From contig NC_073391.1 in NCBI RefSeq assembly GCF_028641065.1, positions 5,518,001 through 5,582,000 of the forward strand: a stretch of 64,000 nucleotides of DNA, in the 5' to 3' direction. Below are positions 61,830 through 64,000 of the stretch, piece by piece; positions within the stretch are counted from its first letter, which is position 1; each line of letters begins with the position of its first letter. The notes beneath the pieces were generated by a model, which ran no database searches, was not told the origin of the DNA, and saw nothing but the letters and a program-made list of their open reading frames with translations. The DNA comes from Leucoraja erinacea (taxonomy: Eukaryota). The position numbers and the translations under genes were made by a program.

Positions 61830-64000
61830 TGGATGGCATATGACTTGGAGGTGGTCGTGATCCCATGTAGCTACTGTGCTTGTCCTGCTTGGTGGTAGCA
61901 TTCATGGGGTTGGTGTCAAAGTAGCCCAGAGCAGTATCTGCAGAGTATCTGTAAGGTATTGTTTCAAACCGTACACACTGTAGACACTGTGCATTACACT
62001 CACAAAGGCTAAACAGGGATATTTATAGGTGCCAATCATCTGCTTTGTTTAGGATGGTTTTGAGCTTCCAGGAGATGGTTGTTACCCATCCAGATCATTC
62101 TTCTCACCTTCTACTGGTGGTAAGAGCATGGGGTTTGGAGGTGGTGCCAGGAGGTGAGTCAACTGCAGCAGGAACCCTCACCTCTGCTCTGCCCACGGAG
62201 CCATGGTATTCATTGTCTGGGGAACCTACTGGAGATAGTCACTGTCTTGTGGCATCAATGTTACTTGTCTAAATGGTGTTTGGATCTTGCTGAATACATG
62301 CAAGGGATGCTTCATTGACTGAATGAATGAATGAATGAATGAATATTTTGTTGTCACATATGACAAGCCACAGTGAAATTCTTTGCATGCATGCCCAAGG
62401 TATACAATAATCACCCTATAAAGAGAGCCAACAAAGTTACAAAGTATCCCGTGCCACGTCCACCTTTGTTCTTTTGTTCTCCCTCCCTCACAACAACCCC
62501 TTCATCCCCCTCCCCCTCACGGCAGTCTCCCCAGGCCGGGTCCTCCTTTGTTCCACCCTCGAAGAGTTGTGAATGGAATTGACTTTAGCCAAATGTCCAC
62601 TACTGGGTTTTTAATTGAATGAAGGTCACTGAAGAAGCAAGTGTAGATTTTGGACCTTTAGAAAACTACCCTAGAGCAGGGATGATTCATGTCAGACAAC
62701 CTCAGCCACCTTCCTGTTCATGGAACACTATGCTATTTATGTTTTTCCCTGTGATGCTCATTGCCTGGGGTTTTATCAGAAACTTTAAAGCCGCAAGTGA
62801 TCATCTGTTAACTTGATGTCAGGGTAGTTGCTCTCATCTCACTTTTACAATGAAGCTATTTGGTGTCAGCTTGGGCCAACATTGAGTTGTAAACACACTG
62901 TTGGAGGAACTCTGTGGGTAAGGCAGCGTGTGTGGTGAGGAAGGTTGGCATTTCAGATCACCACTCCCAAAGCAGAGTCTCAAACTGAAATGTCGACAAA
63001 TTTATTTCTCCCACAGATGCTGCCTGACCCGTAGAGTTTATCTAGTGTTTTTTTTTTGCTCCAGATTCGAGCATCCACAGTCTTGTTTATTAACAATCCA
63101 GGCTCAACACATACTGGTCATTGGTGAGTGAGTTATTGACGAGTTGGTGTTGCTTCTGTGACATCACTCTGCAGAAGTGGAATCCACTGTGGCGGATGCT
63201 TAGGTTAACTTTTATGTGGTTGCTGCTTGCTTTTGGCTTGTTGCTTTTCACTTTGTATGGCTGCATGGTAACTCAAATTTCACTGTACCTTAATTGGTAC
63301 ATGTGACAATAAACTGACCTTGAAACCTTGAAATCTTGATGTTCATAAGTGATAGGAGCAGAATTAGGCCATTTGGCCACCATTCAATCATAGCTGATCT
63401 ATCTTTCCCTCTTAACCGCATTCTCCTGCCTACTCCCCATAACCTCGGACACCCTCAATAATCAAGAATCGATCTCTGCCTTAAAAATATCCATTCATTT
63501 GGCCTCCACAGCAGTCTGTGGCAACGAGTATCACAGATTCACCACACTCTGAGTAAAAAAAAATCCCCCTCATCTTCTTCCTAAAGGAACGTACTTTATT
63601 TCTGAGGCTATGACCTGTGGTCCTAGACTCTCCCACTGATGATGGAGGATTGACCAATTCAGCAATGAGTTGTAATGGATTTGTTCTGCTTTTTAGACTA
63701 AGTTATGCCTGTTGGGTATTTCTACCTTGTAAGGCAGGTATCGGCGTTGCAGCTGAATTTAATCAGCTTGGCTGGTTATTCTGCTAGTTCTGATGTAGAG
63801 ATCTTCTGTACTACAACTGGGATGTTGTGTGGTCCCACAGCATTTGCTATATCCATTGCTCCCATGATATCATATGGACTGAATGCATTGGATGGAGGAG
63901 ACTGGATTCTGCCATGGTGAAGATCTCAGGAGAAAAACAATATGAAATATTTACTCAATGCTTTTGGCTGAACATTGTAGACGCTTTAACCTTTTCTTTG

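Overview
Repeat-dense vertebrate DNA from a cartilaginous fish, most likely a skate or ray (inferred from HE1-type V-SINEs with (TAAAC)n tails and HER1/CR1 LINEs). I can support only one host coding exon: a 103-nt family-X DNA polymerase exon at 61216-61318 (GKEVGHDVDLLI...), most likely POLM exon 8. The rest of the window therefore looks like one very large intron filled with SINEs, CR1 and Rex1/Babar LINEs, Penelope-like elements, Harbinger-type MITEs, hAT-type elements, a fossil Gypsy element and a Helitron. Nearly all ORFs in the supplied track are TE fragments or noise. The main findings are: (1) two distinct families of 135-175 bp retroposons whose 5' end is a minimal, nearly P4-less HDV/CPEB3-like ribozyme, with compensatory stem changes between the families, (AAG)n tails and TSDs (5 copies); (2) a 1.86-kb non-autonomous Helitron that has captured an HTRA2-like exon end plus intron, partly twice; (3) about 20 Penelope-derived short elements carrying minimal hammerhead motifs, often as fold-back dimers with 11-16 bp TSDs; (4) several Harbinger-type MITE families that share TIRs and an internal palindrome. 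All folds and alignments were done by eye, and TE boundaries without a stated TSD are approximate.
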